From assembly GCF_049284435.1 (NCBI RefSeq), contig NZ_JBAPXX010000043.1:470-64469 (forward strand): a DNA stretch of 64,000 nucleotides, read 5' to 3'. This DNA comes from Acinetobacter sp. (GTDB lineage: Bacteria > Pseudomonadota > Gammaproteobacteria > Pseudomonadales > Moraxellaceae). Positions 43,095 through 51,740 of this stretch are shown here, piece after piece. The notes beneath the pieces were generated by a model. The model was not told the origin of the DNA and made no database searches. It was given only the letters and a program-made list of their open reading frames with translations. The stretch's first letter is position 1. Each line of letters starts with the position of its first letter. A program made the translations under genes and the position numbers.

Positions 43095-43486
43095 GGTGCG
43101 TTCCAATTTAGTGCGCGGGATCACAAAAGAAAATCAGTATATAGAGGCAAATTGATTGTAGAAGAGGGGGAAGCAAGGGAAATTTTGATGAAGAATTTCG
43201 TTAAATGAATAAGACTCGATATAAAGCACACTACAATTTTTGTGCACCAAACTAAGACATAGCAAGAGTTCATAAAATTCAAATTTATATTATATTTTTA
43301 GGTGTTTATATTTATCGTAAGAAAAACGGTGCTAAAAAAGCATGCTAAAGGTGCACATGAAAAGTGAAAGATTTTTAAGAAAAAATTTAAAAATAAACGA
43401 AATCATTGCTTTTAAATTTCAAAGCGTCATTCAAGTTTTAAATTTACCAAGTCATAGGGAATCTGGCTGAAAGATATTTAAAATAA

Positions 43487-43514
43487 ATGAAACCCTAAAA
43501 AATTAGGGTTTCAT
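43487..43514 (-). terminator. Hairpin downstream of the MBL gene
   Basis: ATGAAACCCTAA-AAAA-TTAGGGTTTCAT, followed by TT on the minus strand. Confidence 0.6.
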
Positions 43515-43542
43515 GCTTAGATAAAATTATTGAAGTATTCAA

Positions 43543-44523
43543 TTAATCTTTAAAATGTACCGAAATCCATTGATAGCTCTTGTTATCTTTAGAATAAATA
43601 TGTCCAATCCCAGGGAATGGCAAATGTGGTGCTGCTACTGTCTGACCATTCTTCGCATATTCAGCAAAATACTTTAAGCGAGTTTCAATCGCCTTTTTCG
43701 GATCGACATCGAAGTCAACGCCGGTCTGTGGGCGATCAAACTGAAGTGTATGTGAGTGCACAATATCTCCAATAAACACCATTTCCTGGGCTTGTGATTT
43801 TAAGCTAAAACCAAAATGTCCCGGTGTATGTCCAGCCGAACTGATGACATCGAAAGCATGGATTTTATCGCCAGTTTTAAAGGTTTTGAGCTGATTTTTG
43901 GCCTGATAGGGTGCAATGGCTTTCTTGATTTTATCGACTGTGCCCAAAAAACCTGCCTGCTTTGCTTTTGGTAATTTGTCTACCGTTTTAGGATTCATCC
44001 AGAAATCCAGTTCAGCTTGAGACACATAAATGTTGGCATTGGGAAAATTGGCAACGCCATTATTACTGATGCCGCATACATGGTCAGGATGTAAATGCGT
44101 GAGTAGGATGGCATTGACCTGTTCAGGTTTATGCCCTGAAGCCTGTAAATTGGAATACACTGAACCTAGGTGTGGACCATTACAGCTTGAAGTCCCGCTA
44201 TCGACCAGAACCAGTTCTTTGGATGTATTGACCAGAAAGGCATTCACGGAGGTTTGGATGCCTTTGGCCTGATCGACGTAGTATTTTTTCAATATCTGGT
44301 CGGCTTGGGCTGCTGGAATATCTTTAAATAAGGCTTTGGACAGATAATTGGTCCCATCTAGCAGGGCAGTAATCTGGTAATCCCCGAAGTTATGCTGATA
44401 ATAACCGGGAACCTGTTTTTGTTGTTGGGTGCTAGAAATTGTTTGTGCATGTGTTTGAGAGATACCCGCCATTGAGCCTAAAGCAAGCAGTGACATGACG
44501 AGAGAAGAGGTGAAGTATTTCAT
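43543..44523 (-). CDS. Secreted MBL-fold metallo-hydrolase (methyl-parathion hydrolase/lactonase-like)
   Basis: Signal peptide; THLHPDH, GHTPGH, GDIVH, HLPFPGIG. Confidence 0.9.
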   Translation of the reverse strand: MKYFTSSLVMSLLALGSMAGISQTHAQTISSTQQQKQVPGYYQHNFGDYQITALLDGTNYLSKALFKDIPAAQADQILKKYYVDQAKGIQTSVNAFLVNTSKELVLVDSGTSSCNGPHLGSVYSNLQASGHKPEQVNAILLTHLHPDHVCGISNNGVANFPNANIYVSQAELDFWMNPKTVDKLPKAKQAGFLGTVDKIKKAIAPYQAKNQLKTFKTGDKIHAFDVISSAGHTPGHFGFSLKSQAQEMVFIGDIVHSHTLQFDRPQTGVDFDVDPKKAIETRLKYFAEYAKNGQTVAAPHLPFPGIGHIYSKDNKSYQWISVHFKD

Positions 44524-44791
44524 GGCTATTCTTATGTAATTAAAGTCAATTCTATGTATTAGCACGGATGCCAGCAAAAAAGAATATTAATATATTTACC
44601 ATTTTTTAAAATAGCAATGCCGATTTAGCATCTGTACTAAAAATTCAGTCTGAATCTGTATATTGATTTTTTTAAAGTAAGGAACCTGTTTTTTATAAAA
44701 ATATTATTATAAATAAAATGCTTAGATATATTTCACTTTTTATGAAAAGCTCGTTAACATGGGGTATTACGAACAAGCTTTGGGTGTCTCG

Positions 44792-44908
44792 ATGAGTTTT
44801 TGGAAAAGAAAAAACAATGCCAGCTTTGTATTTTTCATTATTACCTTATATTCACTACTGGGCTTTGGACTAGGTTATGTTATCTGGGAATTTATCCTAC
44901 AAGGCTAA
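44792..44908 (+). CDS. Small single-TM protein (38 aa), not in ORF track
   Basis: MSFWKRKNNASFVFFIITLYSLLGFGLGYVIWEFILQG; GGGTG Shine-Dalgarno; terminator 14 nt downstream. Alternative in-frame ATG at 44759. Confidence 0.6.
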   Translation: MSFWKRKNNASFVFFIITLYSLLGFGLGYVIWEFILQG

Positions 44909-44921
44909 GTAACCCAGCAAT

Positions 44922-44951
44922 AAAAAAGCCTCTAGAGATAGGGGCTTTTTT
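44922..44951. terminator. Terminator (repeat family copy 2, inverted)
   Basis: AAAAAAGCCTCTA-GAGA-TAGGGGCTTTTTT. Confidence 0.8.
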
Positions 44952-44974
44952 GATATTTGGATTTTATGAGGGGA

Positions 44975-45085
44975 TTAGCCAGCGACTTGTTTTTAGGTGG
45001 TGATGGTGATGGGTTAAGCTGCTTGAGTTGTGATAGCTGTTGTGCTTACCATAAGTGCTAAAAATAGAGGTTTTAATTTCTTCAT
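44975..45085 (-). pseudogene. 5' stub of a secreted protein, probably an MBL-hydrolase paralogue
   Basis: Reads MKKLKPLFLALMVSTTAITTQAA*PITITT*KQVAG*, compared with the neighbour's ...HAQTISSTQQQKQVPGY. Confidence 0.55.
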
Positions 45086-45183
45086 AAGTTTCTTATTGGT
45101 TTTAGAAGCATAATCTATTTTTAAAACATTGTTTAAAATTTTTCTTGATTATAAAATGTACAATTATTCCATAAGAGCACTGT

Positions 45184-46231
45184 ATGAGCGAACCAGAATA
45201 CTCAGGAAAACCTTTAGCTTATTTAGATCAAAATATTTGAGATTTATTCGTGAAAAGATTTGATCGCAATAATGATATATATTCTTATTTTAATGAGAGT
45301 TTCCAGATTGTATACTCTGATACTACCTTAGGTGAAATTTATAAAGCTTTTCTTAATGCAAAAGAAGAAGATAAAGAAAAAACAGTTGAAAAATATTTAA
45401 ATATTCTAGAATGGTTAAATGCAAATCATATAAGAATCGCCTACAACAGGAACTTAGAATTTTTAGATTCATGTGTAATTTCTCAAGCCTCTGTAAGGGA
45501 GTGGTTTCACAATTATGTTGAAAATAAAACCGAGTGGGGATTTTTGGATCAACATATTTATGACCAATTTTTATTAAGTTATCAGAAAAATAAAAATATT
45601 CATGAAATTAAAAAGGAGGCATTATTTTCTTATGAAAAAAATCTCGAAAAAATGAGAAAAGCTAAAGATGAGTTAGAAAATTTCCCTCAGCTTAGATACA
45701 AAGCGGAAGCTATGTATCAAGAAATATATAGCCAAAAAGAAATATATGAACAAGCAATAGAAGCTACGCTTTCATTAATTGTAAAAAATGCAGAGCAGGA
45801 TAAAATGAGTGAAATTTTCAGAAATGAAGTGGGGGATTTCTGCTAAACAACTAAATAATATAAATATGCCTCAAGTAGTCGAGAAAATTTGGAATTTATA
45901 TAAAGAAAAAGAGGATTATAAAAATTTTACTATTGATGATTTTTGGACTATTAATGTTTTAGAGAAAAATAAAGAACGAAAACTTTATAAATATGAAAAA
46001 GTAAATATAATCTACAATATGATGAATTTTATTGGTTTTTATTCAGATACTAAATTAGATCATGTTAATGGTGTGCAGCGTTCAATTAGTGATTTCACTC
46101 ATGCACAGATAGCATCTTTTTGTCATTTTTTCTTTACAAATGATAATAATTTAATCAAGAAAGTTGATGCTATTTATGAATATTTGGACATACCAACTCA
46201 ATTAGCTCATATTGATGTTAATTCTAATTGA
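45184..46231 (+). pseudogene. Disrupted PIN-domain-like protein (about 348 aa when repaired)
   Basis: MSEPEYSGKPLAYLDQNI, then TGA at 45238-45240 in frame with ORF 45250; +1 frameshift at G5 (45831-45835) joins ORF 45809; C-terminal SDFTHAQIASFCHFFFTND. Confidence 0.7.
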
Positions 46232-46239
46232 AACACTAT

Positions 46240-46330
46240 TTACTTTTGTTGGGGCAAAAGTAACAAAACCCCTTTGCTCGTTAGAGGGCACATCCATGTA
46301 CCCCTAACGAACGGGCGACATCCATGTCGC
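46240..46330 (-). ncRNA. TwoAYGGAY-like structured element, copy A
   Basis: On the minus strand, two hairpins each capped by AUGGAU, then a UUACUUUUG/CAAAAGUAA hairpin. Confidence 0.65.
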
Positions 46331-46524
46331 AGGTTATTTGATTTGATTAATAGTTAACTTGAAGATTTAGTACATCGCATAAGTCTTCTTTTATTTGCTC
46401 CATTAATTTTTTCTCGTTATAGACATAAAAAATTTTTCATTTTTATATGTTTATAAATGTTGTAGTCATTTTAAATAGTACACTCTATTAATAAATACTC
46501 TAGTAGTAAGTATTAATGAATAAA

Positions 46525-46614
46525 GCGACATGGATGTCGCCGTTCACTTGTGATACATGGACGTATCATCAAGTGAACAAAAGATTTTTGTTACTTTTGA
46601 TCTTTCAAAAGTAA
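46525..46614 (+). ncRNA. TwoAYGGAY-like structured element, copy B
   Basis: GCGAC-AUGGAU-GUCGC; GUUCACUUGUGAUAC-AUGGAC-GUAUCA(U)CAAGUGAAC; UUACUUUUG-AUCUUU-CAAAAGUAA. Confidence 0.7.
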
Positions 46615-46676
46615 GGTAATGCCTACGCAAAGAAAATATGTTTTATAAAATTATAATGGGGCAGTAATTAAATAAA

Positions 46677-46713
46677 TCCTCTCCCTAACCCTCTCCTTTT
46701 TCAAAGGAGAGGG
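46677..46713. repeat. Pyrimidine-tailed palindromic element (boxC-like)
   Basis: TCCTCTCCCTAA followed by hairpin CCCTCTCCTTT-TTC-AAAGGAGAGGG. Confidence 0.55.
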
Positions 46714-46725
46714 AACTTAATGCAT

Positions 46726-46757
46726 AAAAAAGCCCCTACATCAGTAGAGGCTTTTTT
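46726..46757 (-). terminator. metG terminator (repeat family copy 3)
   Basis: AAAAAAGCCCCTAC-ATCA-GTAGAGGCTTTTTT. Confidence 0.85.
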
Positions 46758-46777
46758 GTATCTTAGATTAAAAAACC

Positions 46778-48838
46778 TTAAGACACTTTATCACCCGGTT
46801 TAGCACCAGATTCAGGTGAAATTACCCAAACGCCGTCGCCATTACCCGCTGCTAAAACCATTCCGTTTGAAATACCAAAACGCATCTTACGTGGCGCAAG
46901 GTTAGCCACCATCACCACCAATTTGCCTTTTAGGTCTTCAGGTTGGTAGAACTCACGAATACCACTGAACACATTACGTGGCTCAGCTTCACCAACGTTT
47001 AAAGTGAGTTGAAGCAGTTTGTCAGAACCTTCAACCGTAGCCGCTCCCAAAACTTCAGCAACACGCAGGTCAACTTTCATAAAATCATCAATATTAATGA
47101 TTTCAGCTTCACCGACTTTAGGTTCAGGCTTTTTCTCAGTCTTCTTCTCTTTTTTCTTTTCAGCTTTAGCTGGTTCAGCAGCAGGGGCAGCTAAAGAATC
47201 TTTAGAAGCATCAACCATTGCCGCAACAGCTTTTGGATCTACACGTTGCATCAATGGTTGGAACAATGCAATTTCATGACCCAACAGAATTGTTTCGCGA
47301 GAAGCAAAATCGAAGCTTTCAAGTTGCAAGAAATCTTGAACCTGTTGAGCCAAAGTTGGCAATACAGGCGCTAAATACACTGCCAATTGACGGAACAGGT
47401 TGATCCCCACAGAACATACATCATGAACCTGTTGTTCCTGACTTTCTTGTTTCGCAAGTGCCCAAGGCTTTTTCTCGTCGATGTACTGGTTGGCTTTGTC
47501 TGCCAGCGCCATGATTTCACGAATCGCAGCAGAGAATTCACGTGCTTCATAAGCCTGAGCAATTGAGCTACCTGCATCAATAAAGCTTTGTACCAGTTCA
47601 GGTTCTGCACAGGTAGCGCTTAGCTTGTTATCAAACTTGGTGTTGATGAACTTCGCACAACGGCTGGCAATATTCACGACTTTACCAACAAGGTCAGAGT
47701 TTACCTTCTGAACGAAATCATCAAGGTTCAAGTCAGAATCTTCAACTTTGTCAGAAAGTTTAGATGCAAAGTAATAACGTAAATATTCAGGATTTAAATG
47801 CTCTAAATACGTTTCAGCTTTAATGAATGTACCACGAGATTTAGACATCTTCTGACCATTTACAGTCAAGAAACCATTCACGAATAAGCCAGATGGCGTG
47901 CGGTAGTTAGCGCCTTCAAGCATTGCCGGCCAGAACAGGGCATGGAAATATACGATGTCTTTACCAATGAAGTGATAGACCTCATTTTCAGAATCTTTTT
48001 TCCAGTAGTCATCAAAATTCAATTCAGGACGTTTGGTTTTGATGTAGTTTTCAAAACTTGACATATAGCCAATTGGCGCATCCACCCAAACATAGAAATA
48101 TTTGTTTGGCGCATCTGGAATTTCAAAACCGAAATACGGCGCATCACGTGAGATGTCCCAGTCGTTCAAGCCATTTTCAAACCATTCGTCCAGCTTGTTG
48201 GCAATCGATACCGGCAAGCGACCTTCATCACGAGTCCATTTTTGCAGGTATTCACCAAAATTTGGCAATTTAAAAAAGTAATGATCAGATGATTTTTCGA
48301 CTGGTGTTGCGCCACTTAAAGTTGAATGTGGATTCAACAATTCTGTTGCATTATAGGTAGCACCGCAGACTTCACACGAGTCGCCGTATTGATCTTCCGC
48401 CTTACATTTCGGACAGGTGCCTTTAATGAAACGGTCTGACAGGAACATGCCTTTTTCAGGATCAAAAAGCTGGGTCACTGGACGAACAGCAATATTGCCC
48501 GCGTCACGGTTTTTCACATAGATTTCTGACGCACGGGCACGGTTGGTATCGCTATGCGTAGAATCATAATGATCGAAATGCACCCCAAAACCGTCAAAGT
48601 CACGAATGTGTTCTTTTTGCACATTGGCAATTTGCGCTTCAGGTGAAATGCCATTCGCTTCGGCACGCAGCATGATCGCAGTTCCGTGAGCATCATCCGC
48701 ACAGACATAAGTCACATCATGACCCATCGCGCGCATGGCACGTACCCAAATATCTGCTTGGATATAGCCAAGTAAGTGACCCATATGAATCGGGCCATTG
48801 GCGTAAGGAAGGGCATTGGTGACTAAAATTTTACGCAC
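46778..48838 (-). CDS. metG: Methionine--tRNA ligase
   Basis: [11 protein letters not shown], Zn knuckle CPKC/CEVC, KMSKS, C-terminal tRNA-binding domain. Confidence 0.98.
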   Translation of the reverse strand: MRKILVTNALPYANGPIHMGHLLGYIQADIWVRAMRAMGHDVTYVCADDAHGTAIMLRAEANGISPEAQIANVQKEHIRDFDGFGVHFDHYDSTHSDTNRARASEIYVKNRDAGNIAVRPVTQLFDPEKGMFLSDRFIKGTCPKCKAEDQYGDSCEVCGATYNATELLNPHSTLSGATPVEKSSDHYFFKLPNFGEYLQKWTRDEGRLPVSIANKLDEWFENGLNDWDISRDAPYFGFEIPDAPNKYFYVWVDAPIGYMSSFENYIKTKRPELNFDDYWKKDSENEVYHFIGKDIVYFHALFWPAMLEGANYRTPSGLFVNGFLTVNGQKMSKSRGTFIKAETYLEHLNPEYLRYYFASKLSDKVEDSDLNLDDFVQKVNSDLVGKVVNIASRCAKFINTKFDNKLSATCAEPELVQSFIDAGSSIAQAYEAREFSAAIREIMALADKANQYIDEKKPWALAKQESQEQQVHDVCSVGINLFRQLAVYLAPVLPTLAQQVQDFLQLESFDFASRETILLGHEIALFQPLMQRVDPKAVAAMVDASKDSLAAPAAEPAKAEKKKEKKTEKKPEPKVGEAEIINIDDFMKVDLRVAEVLGAATVEGSDKLLQLTLNVGEAEPRNVFSGIREFYQPEDLKGKLVVMVANLAPRKMRFGISNGMVLAAGNGDGVWVISPESGAKPGDKVS

Positions 48839-49151
48839 GGATTCACTCTCTCATTCGTATTCATTATGCAATGGGCCATAATTTTACATGATGCCGAGGG
48901 GATTACAAAGAAATGCTTTGCTGAAACCCTGCGAATAGATGGACTTGGACAGCTCGAATACGAAAGTCTGAATCATCTTTAGCATAGAGCTTTTCAATAC
49001 GGATTTGACTCAGCTCATGCTACATCCTGCAAATAATAGCAACAACATGTACAGGCTTTGTTGCAGTTTGCTTACTTCGCCCAATTCGCGTGAGGCTTTG
49101 TGCTAAAAAAATGGCTGATTGTTTATATGATATGCCTAAGGAGGGTACCTC

Positions 49152-49949
49152 ATGACTCAGCGGAACCAAAACAATACGTCGAAGCAAAATCAAGATAAAG
49201 AACAACATGCACGCGAATTGAATGATCAGCTTGCAAAAGAGCAAAAGCAAAACGAGATGGATAAACAGCATAATCAGGAACATAAGAACGGGAAAAGTGC
49301 CCAGACCCATGCTGATCAGAAGTCTGATACCCAGCATAACGGCAAAGATGCAAATGCTGAGCAATCAGCGCAAAAAGACAGTTCTAAAGAGAATCAGTCC
49401 GATAAAAAAACTGAAAGCTTTAAGATGGATGACTTAAAAGCCAAGGCGATTGCGATCGGTGAAGAGCTATTGCAAAAAGGTGAAAAGCTTCTGAATGAGC
49501 TGAAACATGGCAAATCTGGCAACCAGCAAAATGCTGAGCAAGGTTCGGATGATGCGAAAAAGGCCAAAGCGGATCATACATCTCAAGATAAATCATCTAA
49601 CAAGTCAGATAAACAAAATGCTAAAGATGGTCAGATCGATCAGCAGGCAGGTATGGCAAATTTAAAAGATGAAGCCATGCATAAGTTTGAAGATACCAGA
49701 CAGAAAATCACAGACTTAGTCAGTGAAGCCTCGGTTAAGTTCGCTGAGCTGAAACAGATGGCAACTGATACGATGAATAAAATGAAAGATAATCAATCGA
49801 AGGAAGGTGATTCTGATCAGCAGCAAGATGCCAAAGATAGAGATTCAGAAAGCAGCTCTCAGTCCAAAAAGGATGAATCGAAACAAGATCAGGATAAAAA
49901 TACGAAGGATCAACAGGACAAATCTGAAAACAATAAAAATCATAAATAG
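49152..49949 (+). CDS. Highly hydrophilic, probably disordered protein (hydrophilin/LEA-like)
   Basis: AAGGAG Shine-Dalgarno; rich in Q/K/D/N/S; lacks C, W, Y and P; downstream hairpin at 49963-49994. Confidence 0.8.
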   Translation: MTQRNQNNTSKQNQDKEQHARELNDQLAKEQKQNEMDKQHNQEHKNGKSAQTHADQKSDTQHNGKDANAEQSAQKDSSKENQSDKKTESFKMDDLKAKAIAIGEELLQKGEKLLNELKHGKSGNQQNAEQGSDDAKKAKADHTSQDKSSNKSDKQNAKDGQIDQQAGMANLKDEAMHKFEDTRQKITDLVSEASVKFAELKQMATDTMNKMKDNQSKEGDSDQQQDAKDRDSESSSQSKKDESKQDQDKNTKDQQDKSENNKNHK

Positions 49950-50223
49950 TCTGTGATCATAGAGCCACTTTAATCACAGAGGGTTAAAGTGGCTTGATAC
50001 GCAAGAGATCAATAAAAAAAATTATTACATCAAAATAATCTATCTCTCTTTTCTTTCATTATTTCTATTCACCAAGATTTCATAAAACATTTCACAAAAC
50101 CAAGTAAAATAGTTGGGAATTTAAGATATCTCTTTCATCTTCTCCAATACAGTGCTTAACCTTAGCCTAAAACCCCGTTAAACTAAGCTATTCAGATGTC
50201 GATCTACATTTTTGGAGTAACCT

Positions 50224-51483
50224 ATGTCGTGGCTTTCTTCGCTTAAATCGGTTTTTTCGCCTTCCAAGGAGGTGAACGAAGAAGCTGTGCAGAACGTACT
50301 GCAAAACTATATCTTGCCAAATTCCAGCAATCCCTTGAAAGATCGTATTACTCAGGTCAATGTACAGGGTGAAATTCTGCAAATCACTTTGAATACCTAT
50401 CCCGAAGAAAAAGCGCAGCTGCAACAGATTCATGATGAACTGGCGGAAGCTTTGCAAAAATGTGGTATTCAAGAGCTGAATATGCATGTGATTCAGCAGA
50501 AAACTGGACATAAGAAAGAAGGGGGTTGCGGGCATAACCATGCTGAAGGTGAAAACTGTTCAAGCGAGCCTAAATCGGAAGCAAAACCCAATCTTCCGCC
50601 TGTGGTTGATGCGTCGGCACAGCCTACAAAAACAGAAGAAGCTGATCCGAATAATCCACCTATTCAAAAAGCTGCGCCGCAACAGCGTGATGTCCCGAAA
50701 CACCCACGCATTCAAAATGTGATTCTGGTGTCATCTGGTAAAGGTGGCGTAGGTAAATCGACCACTACCGTGAATTTGGCCTTGGCTTTACAAAAAATAG
50801 GCCTGCGCGTAGGCGTACTGGATGCCGACATTTACGGTCCAAGTATTCCAACCATGCTCGGCAATGCTGGAAAAACGCCAATGATTGAAGCAGAACAGTT
50901 TGTTCCTATTGAAGCCTATGGGATGGCAGTATTATCAATTGGCCATTTAACTGGAGACCACAATACTCCAGTCGCCTGGCGTGGTCCAAAAGCCACGGGT
51001 GCATTAATGCAGTTATTCAATCAGACCCTATGGCCAGACCTCGATGTGCTGATGATTGATATGCCACCTGGCACAGGCGATATCCAGTTAACCCTAGCGC
51101 AGCGTATTCCGGTGACGGGTGCAGTGATTGTGACAACGCCACAAAACGTGGCCTTGCTGGATGCCACCAAAGGCATTGAATTGTTTAACCGCGTGCAGAT
51201 TCCGATCATGGGCGTGATTGAAAATATGTCGACACATATCTGCTCAAATTGTGGGTTTGAAGAACAGATTTTTGGTACAGGCGGTGGAGATAAACTGTCT
51301 GAGCAATATCAAATCCCATTATTGGGTCGTTTACCTTTGGATGCTAAAATTCGTGAAAATGCGGATGCCGGTACACCTTCTGTCATTGCCGAAGATGCTG
51401 CTGCAGAAAGTTATATGCTGATTGCAGAGAAAATTGCAGCGCAGCTACCTAAAGTAGAAAAAGATCATAGCCGAATTTTTTAA
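50224..51483 (+). CDS. apbC: Fe-S cluster carrier ATPase ApbC/Mrp
   Basis: GKGGVGKST, DADIYGPS, DMPPGTGD, ENMS..CSNC. Confidence 0.96.
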   Translation: MSWLSSLKSVFSPSKEVNEEAVQNVLQNYILPNSSNPLKDRITQVNVQGEILQITLNTYPEEKAQLQQIHDELAEALQKCGIQELNMHVIQQKTGHKKEGGCGHNHAEGENCSSEPKSEAKPNLPPVVDASAQPTKTEEADPNNPPIQKAAPQQRDVPKHPRIQNVILVSSGKGGVGKSTTTVNLALALQKIGLRVGVLDADIYGPSIPTMLGNAGKTPMIEAEQFVPIEAYGMAVLSIGHLTGDHNTPVAWRGPKATGALMQLFNQTLWPDLDVLMIDMPPGTGDIQLTLAQRIPVTGAVIVTTPQNVALLDATKGIELFNRVQIPIMGVIENMSTHICSNCGFEEQIFGTGGGDKLSEQYQIPLLGRLPLDAKIRENADAGTPSVIAEDAAAESYMLIAEKIAAQLPKVEKDHSRIF

Positions 51484-51506
51484 TTCTATAGACAATTCAG
51501 ATATTT

Positions 51507-51534
51507 AAGCCTTAGCTAAAAGCTAGGGCTTTTT
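51507..51534 (+). terminator. Intrinsic terminator
   Basis: AAGCCTTAGCT-AAA-AGCTAGGGCTTTTT. Confidence 0.75.
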
Positions 51535-51740
51535 ATTTCTTATTTTTAAAATTAGCCCGATTTAAATGATTGAAATTGACTGAAATGACTATCGGGTGTT
51601 TATCCTAAATATTTATATAAGCATTTGTATTAATTGGAATAAATAAACTTGAATTTTGGATTATATGTTCTCTTACAATTATTTTTTTGCAGCACTGACC
51701 GAATTCTTCTATGCTACTCGGATTAGAGCGAGGTCAAACT

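Noticed and set aside
43543..44523. MBL-fold gene as a beta-lactam resistance gene
   Set aside because: The motifs (HLHPDH, HLPFPGIG) fit the phosphotriesterase/lactonase-like subgroup, not class B beta-lactamases.
44800..45003. 67-aa ORF-track entry
   Set aside because: TTG start and reads through a terminator; the 38-aa ORF in another frame is better supported.
46331..46524. Possible gene between the two structured elements
   Set aside because: Only very short minus-strand frames (for example MEQIKEDLCDVLNLQVNY); it may be decayed cargo but no product can be supported.
46240..46757. Possible CRISPR array or integron attC sites
   Set aside because: The repeats are inverted rather than regularly spaced direct repeats; no cas or integrase gene; no RYYYAAC/GTTRRRY-bounded cassette structure was evident.
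49020..49364. Hydrophobic-looking antisense ORF
   Set aside because: Artefact of the A-rich codons of the hydrophilic protein on the opposite strand.
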